Shown: in pieces, positions 59,595 through 64,000 of the stretch
Layout: every line of letters begins with the position of its first letter
Position numbering within the stretch: position 1 is the first letter of the stretch
From: a bacterium
GTDB taxonomy: Bacteria > SM23-31
Direction: 5' to 3'
Length of the DNA stretch: 64,000 bases
Assembly (NCBI GenBank): GCA_965221205.1
Contig: OZ244870.1
Coordinates: forward strand, 1,218,232-1,282,231
Program-made: the position numbers and the translations under genes
Notes under the pieces: generated by a model
What the model was told of the DNA's origin: nothing
Seen by the model: only the letters and a program-made list of their open reading frames with translations
The model's database searches: none

Positions 59595-60797
59595 TTGATT
59601 TTCCGAAATAAAAAAATTCTCATTGGTATTACCGGCGGAATCGCGGCGTATAAAATTCCATATCTTGTCCGGACGATCAAGACAAGGGGTGGGGAAGTAA
59701 AAACAATTTTGACCGGGTCGGGTGAGCAGTTTGTCACAAAAACCACACTGGCAACCCTGTCGGAAGAGCCGGTAGCATACGATGTTTTTGATTCTGAAGT
59801 ACCGGATAAAATTCAGCATATTGATCTTGCTCGCTGGGCGGATTGCTTTGTGATTGCTCCCGCTACAGCCAATATCTTTGCCAAAGCCGCACATGGAATT
59901 GCAGATGATATTCTTTCGACTATAATCGTGTCGTATAAAGGTTCGATACTCTTTGCACCCGCGATGCATGATGAGATGTGGAAAAACTGCGTTACGCAGG
60001 ACAATATCAAAAAACTGCTCAAACAAGGCCATGAAATCGTTCCACCAGAGTTCGGAAGTCTTGCCAGCGATTCGGTCGGAATGGGCCGGCTGGCAGAACT
60101 TGAGACAATTGAGCAGGCAATTATTAAAAAGCTCAATCTTAAACTCGACCTGACTGGGAAAAAAATCCTCATCACTGCCGGGCGGACCGAAGAAGCAATA
60201 GATCCGATCAGATATATCAGTAACCATTCGAGCGGAAAGATGGGAGCTGCACTTGCCGAAGCCGCTGCAGAACGTGGTGCTGCGGTCACTGTCATAGCCG
60301 GAATTCGTACTGTTCCGTTTCCAGGCGAGGCATCCATTATCGAAGCACCGACCACTCATGAAATGGCGAAAGCCGTTAAAAGAGAGCTGAATAACAACGA
60401 TGTATTGCTCATGGCAGCCGCGGTAGCGGATTATCGGCCAAAAAAAAGTTCAAAAGAGAAAATTAAAAAGGGTTCTGCAAACGTACTCTCTCTGGAACTC
60501 GAAACTACCGAAGACATACTTGGCAGTATAAAAGAACGCAAAAAGAACACCTTTGTTGCTGGATTTTCGGTCGAGACACAAAATGAAATTGCAAATTCAC
60601 GCAAAAAGCTGACTGAAAAGAATCTTGATCTTATTATTGTCAATAATCCGTTTGAACCCGGAGCCGGTTTTGATGTCGATACCAATAGAGTAACGCTTCT
60701 TGAGACAGGGAAAAAGGCTCAACACCTTCCGCTGCTGTCAAAACGGGATGTTGCCGACCGCATCTTTGACCGTATTGCCGCACGGTTAAGATTGTAA
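59595..60797 (+). CDS. coaBC: bifunctional phosphopantothenoylcysteine decarboxylase / phosphopantothenate-cysteine ligase
   Basis: ILIGITGGIAAYK, APATANIFAK, ISNHSSGKMG and AAAVADYRP. TTG start. Confidence 0.92.
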   Translation: MIFRNKKILIGITGGIAAYKIPYLVRTIKTRGGEVKTILTGSGEQFVTKTTLATLSEEPVAYDVFDSEVPDKIQHIDLARWADCFVIAPATANIFAKAAHGIADDILSTIIVSYKGSILFAPAMHDEMWKNCVTQDNIKKLLKQGHEIVPPEFGSLASDSVGMGRLAELETIEQAIIKKLNLKLDLTGKKILITAGRTEEAIDPIRYISNHSSGKMGAALAEAAAERGAAVTVIAGIRTVPFPGEASIIEAPTTHEMAKAVKRELNNNDVLLMAAAVADYRPKKSSKEKIKKGSANVLSLELETTEDILGSIKERKKNTFVAGFSVETQNEIANSRKKLTEKNLDLIIVNNPFEPGAGFDVDTNRVTLLETGKKAQHLPLLSKRDVADRIFDRIAARLRL

Positions 60798-60832
60798 TCG
60801 CTTTCCGACCGGTTTCCATAGACGGAAACACA

Positions 60833-61620
60833 ATGTATTACCGAGAAGCTGACTCAGCGTCAAAGTACCCTCTTGTTTTCATACATGGCTTTCCACTGAA
60901 TCATACTATGTGGAATCCCCAATTGGAGACGCTTCCTGAGGGTGTCCGGGCAGTAGCGTACGATGTCCGCGGTCACGGTAATAGCAGTGTTGGTGATGGT
61001 CAATTCTCTCTGGAGTTTTTGTTGACGATCTAATCGGACTGCTTGACCATCTTAAAGCAAAAAAAGTAATTCTTTGTAGTTTATCGATGGGAGGTTACAT
61101 TGCGCTCCGGGCTGTTGAGTGTCATCCGGAACGGTTCATGGGACTAGTCCTGTGCGATACGCAGAGCTATGCTGATGCTAATGAAACAAAGATCAAGCGG
61201 GCTAATGTGATCCGGTTAATCAAAAACGGCGGTATCAAAGAGTTTGCCGACAATTTCATAAATTTGATCCTTGCTAAAAAAACCGTCAGTGAGAACAAAA
61301 AGGTAGTAGAGCAGCTTCGCGATATGATACTGCACAACGATCCACTCGACGTATGTGGTACCTTCATGGCACTTGGAGCACGGACAGACACATCACAGGC
61401 GTTGCCATCTTTTTCTCTTCCTGTCTCGATTATTGTGGGAGAAAACGATGCGTTGACTCCGTCGTCAATGTCTGATTTTAGGCACAAAAAAATCCCCCAT
61501 CCGGAATTGAATAGTATACCAGCGGCTAGTCACATGGGCAACATGGAAAACGTGGAGGCATTTGACGAAGTTTTGTATCGATTTGTTGCTAATGTGATGA
61601 ACGATCTTAGTGATAATTGA
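60833..61620 (+). pseudogene. alpha/beta-fold hydrolase split by a frameshift in a T5 run
   Basis: PLVFIHGFPLNHTMW..YDVRGHGNS (ORF 1) continues as FVDDLIGLLDHLKAKKVILCSLSMGGYIA (GxSxG nucleophile elbow) in the frame of ORF 2 if the T run 61016-61020 is one base longer. This may be a sequencing error. Confidence 0.7.
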
Positions 61621-61663
61621 GAAGCTCTCACACTGCCGTTTCAAATGCAGAAAATACCTGCGT

Positions 61664-61737
61664 TTCTCCACATTTTATCCACTTATTATCCACTTAAAAT
61701 TCTCCACTTTTCCACGCAAATTTACTTTTTATACACA
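61664..61737 (+). promoter_or_regulatory. array of six same-strand DnaA-box-like 9-mers
   Basis: TTCTCCACA (61664), TTATCCACT (61675), TTATCCACT (61686), TTCTCCACT (61700), TTTTCCACG (61708) and TTATACACA (61729), compared with the consensus TTATCCACA / TTATNCACA. Confidence 0.6.
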
Positions 61738-61826
61738 CCTGAGAAATGTCCTTGTATTTCGAGCGATATATGGTTACTATCAACAAACTCAATACTTGTT
61801 TGTGAACATGTAATTTTGAGCATACC

Positions 61827-62606
61827 ATGCCATCTGCCGTAAGCAGAACAGACCTGATTAAAACCTATTTACAGCAGCAAAAGGAATTATTCGGAGATAC
61901 AGTATATCTGGGGCAGTCGAGAGGAGAAGAAATCGGAAAAACAACATATGATGACCCGTCCGAAAGCACGAATAATGATGTGTGGCTAATATCAGATGTG
62001 GGAACTGGGAATGCATGGAAGAATGAATCATGGCGCGCAATTGACGACCTTGAAGAGTTTCATAATGCAATATCAGGCTGCATGCAGTGCTCACTTGGAG
62101 AAACACGGAATAGATTTGTATTTGGAAGCGGAAATCCTCATGCTGATTTGATGTTTATAGGAGAAGCGCCAGGAGCCGATGAAGATAAGAAAGGAATTCC
62201 GTTTGTCGGTCGTGCCGGGCAGCTACTCGATAAAATATTAAGCGCAATTGATCTTGAACGCTCGGATGTCTATATTGCAAATATATTAAAATGCAGACCA
62301 CCTCAAAATCGTGATCCGCAGTCGGGAGAAATTGCCTGCTGTGAACCGTATCTACTGCACCAGATTAAACTGATTAATCCGGTCCTGATGGTAGCGTTGG
62401 GAAGGATTGCCGCCCAGACATTGCTGAGAACGACCGAAACACTCGGTGCAATGCGTGGCAAGATTCATGACTACCACGGAACCGATCTCATGGTCACGTA
62501 TCATCCCGCAGCATTGTTGCGAAATCCCAATTTCAAGCGTCCAGCCTGGGAGGACATGAAAGAGATAAAGCGGCTTTATTTGGATAAACGGAATAATGTT
62601 GAATAG
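61827..62606 (+). CDS. udg: family-4 uracil-DNA glycosylase
   Basis: GCMQCSL..R...[41 protein letters not shown] and HPAALLRNP. Confidence 0.88.
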   Translation: MPSAVSRTDLIKTYLQQQKELFGDTVYLGQSRGEEIGKTTYDDPSESTNNDVWLISDVGTGNAWKNESWRAIDDLEEFHNAISGCMQCSLGETRNRFVFGSGNPHADLMFIGEAPGADEDKKGIPFVGRAGQLLDKILSAIDLERSDVYIANILKCRPPQNRDPQSGEIACCEPYLLHQIKLINPVLMVALGRIAAQTLLRTTETLGAMRGKIHDYHGTDLMVTYHPAALLRNPNFKRPAWEDMKEIKRLYLDKRNNVE

Positions 62607-62675
62607 AAAACAAACACTATGTAATATAATCAATGTGCAATAAACTTATTGGAAAAAGAAGTTAGTGACGTATTT

Positions 62676-64000
62676 ATGGATAAAACAGAACTGAAAGAAC
62701 GGATACCACCGCAGGCAGACGATTTTGAAAAAGCGCTTCTTGGGGCAGTTATGCAGTATAAGGATGCGGTTTTTCAGGTGATGGAACTCCTGAAACCGGA
62801 ACAATTTTATAAGACGGCTCACCAGAAGATATTTAGTGCAATATGTGCACTCTTTAATAAGAATGATGCAATCGATGCGTTAACAGTCGGTGAGCAACTA
62901 AAAAAAGATGGTGAATATGATAATATAGGAGGGGGGTATTATCTCACCGAATGCCTGGAGCAAGAAATGACATTTGCTAATGTGGAATATTACGCAAAGG
63001 TCATTCTGGAAAAGGCTATGCTCCGGAGTATGATCGAAATATCTCGCGATATCATGGATTCGGGATATGAAGGTCGGGAAGATGCGCAATCACTGCTTGA
63101 CGAAGCGGAGCGAAAGATCATGAGCATCGGTGAAATCGGTATGAAAACCGGTTTCGAAAATATCAGACCGATCCTCCATAATACAATGGACATTCTCGAT
63201 AAAAACAATAATCGGGACGGACATCTTATCGGTATATCCTCGGGATTTACAAAACTTGATGAATTAACGGCCGGGTTTCAGAATTCAGATTTAATTATTA
63301 TTGCCGGCCGGCCATCAATGGGGAAAACCGCATTCAGTCTCAATCTTGCCCGATATGCTGCTGTCGAACACAAAATTGCAGTTGGGTTTTTCAGTCTCGA
63401 AATGTCAAAATTTCAGCTCGCTTCGCGGCTGCTCAGTTGTGAAGCGCGAATCGATTCGAACAACCTTCGCCGGGGAAGGCTCCAGAAAAAAGAGTGGCCG
63501 GAATTAGCCGCTGCCGCCGGAGCGCTGTCGGATGCTCCGCTCTTTATCGACGACACACCATCTCTGAGTGTGTTTGAATTACGGGCAAAAGCGCGTCGTT
63601 TAAAGATAGAACATAATATGGGACTGATAGTTGTTGACTATCTACAGCTTATGCAGGGGTCGTACGGCAAAGAGAGTAGGCAGCAGGAAATCGCTGAAAT
63701 ATCCCGGTCATTAAAAGCTGTTGCCAAAGAGCTTGAACTCCCGGTTATGGCTCTCTCTCAACTCTCTCGTCAGCCAGAATTGCGCGGCGGCAAGAGAAGA
63801 CCGATGCTCTTCGACCTGCGTGAATCAGGAGCTATTGAACAAGATGCTGATGTGGTTATTTTCATCTATAGGCCTGAGGTTTATGATATTGAGTCTGATG
63901 AAAATGGACGTTCAACCGAAAACGTTGCAGAAATTATTATTGGAAAGCAGCGTAATGGACCGACGGGAACCATTTACCTTACCTTCCTCAAAAACACTGC
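62676..64000 (+). CDS. dnaB: replicative DNA helicase DnaB (3' end beyond the window)
   Basis: Absent from the ORF track because it has no stop in the window. My translation reads MDKTELKERIPPQADDFEKALLGAVMQYKD..FYKTAHQKIFSAI ... IIIAGRPSMGKTAFSLN (Walker A) ... VVDYLQLM ... ALSQLSR. Confidence 0.92.
   Translation, partial: MDKTELKERIPPQADDFEKALLGAVMQYKDAVFQVMELLKPEQFYKTAHQKIFSAICALFNKNDAIDALTVGEQLKKDGEYDNIGGGYYLTECLEQEMTFANVEYYAKVILEKAMLRSMIEISRDIMDSGYEGREDAQSLLDEAERKIMSIGEIGMKTGFENIRPILHNTMDILDKNNNRDGHLIGISSGFTKLDELTAGFQNSDLIIIAGRPSMGKTAFSLNLARYAAVEHKIAVGFFSLEMSKFQLASRLLSCEARIDSNNLRRGRLQKKEWPELAAAAGALSDAPLFIDDTPSLSVFELRAKARRLKIEHNMGLIVVDYLQLMQGSYGKESRQQEIAEISRSLKAVAKELELPVMALSQLSRQPELRGGKRRPMLFDLRESGAIEQDADVVIFIYRPEVYDIESDENGRSTENVAEIIIGKQRNGPTGTIYLTFLKNT

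Noticed and set aside
59505-60359. 284-aa and 180-aa minus-strand ORFs
   Set aside because: They are antisense to coaBC, which has clear flavoprotein and CoaB motifs.
1-64000. tRNA, rRNA, tmRNA, RNase P or SRP RNA genes in the larger intergenic gaps (for example 18797-19097, 25333-25580, 28287-28764, 33032-33344, 47225-47460)
   Set aside because: I saw no T-loop (GGTTCGAATCC-like) or other hallmark conserved blocks. This was a visual scan only, so a covariance-model search could still find small RNAs.

Overview
This looks like a bacterial chromosomal segment. It is moderately AT-rich: my spot counts give about 45-48% GC in core genes and about 35% in a few inserts. Shine-Dalgarno sites are used and TGA, TAA and TAG all act as stops. 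I found no rRNA, tRNA or CRISPR.

Most of the content is housekeeping. From left to right:
- the 5' end of ileS, punA, divIVA and yggS;
- a C5 haem operon (ccsA-like gene, hemA, hemC, hemD, hemB, hemL);
- hflX, folC, rho, rpmE, prfA, prmC and rnr;
- dnaK and clpB;
- an 11-gene MoxR-DUF58-vWA-TPR (Bat aerotolerance-type) operon;
- yicC, gmk, coaBC, a family-4 UDG and the 5' part of dnaB.

Accessory content:
- two compact IS1595-like elements;
- a BlaI/BlaR1(M56)-TonB pair with a double operator;
- a PAP2 / GMC oxidoreductase / Gfo-Idh-MocA / membrane-protein module;
- an uncharacterised cassette of radical SAM/SPASM, GT2, PHP-domain protein and GT2.

The most notable observations:
1. Six head-to-tail DnaA-box-like 9-mers at 61.66-61.74 kb.
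2. A sharp gene-strand polarity switch at about 19 kb.
3. About ten disrupted genes. Some frameshifts sit in homopolymer runs. Others involve nonsense codons, perfect short tandem duplications (8 bp in divIVA, 12 bp in a flavin-reductase-like gene) or truncation.
4. hflX, whose conserved N-terminus has no canonical start codon.

All functional calls rest on motif and family recognition by eye. I could run no database search, HMM or skew calculation.
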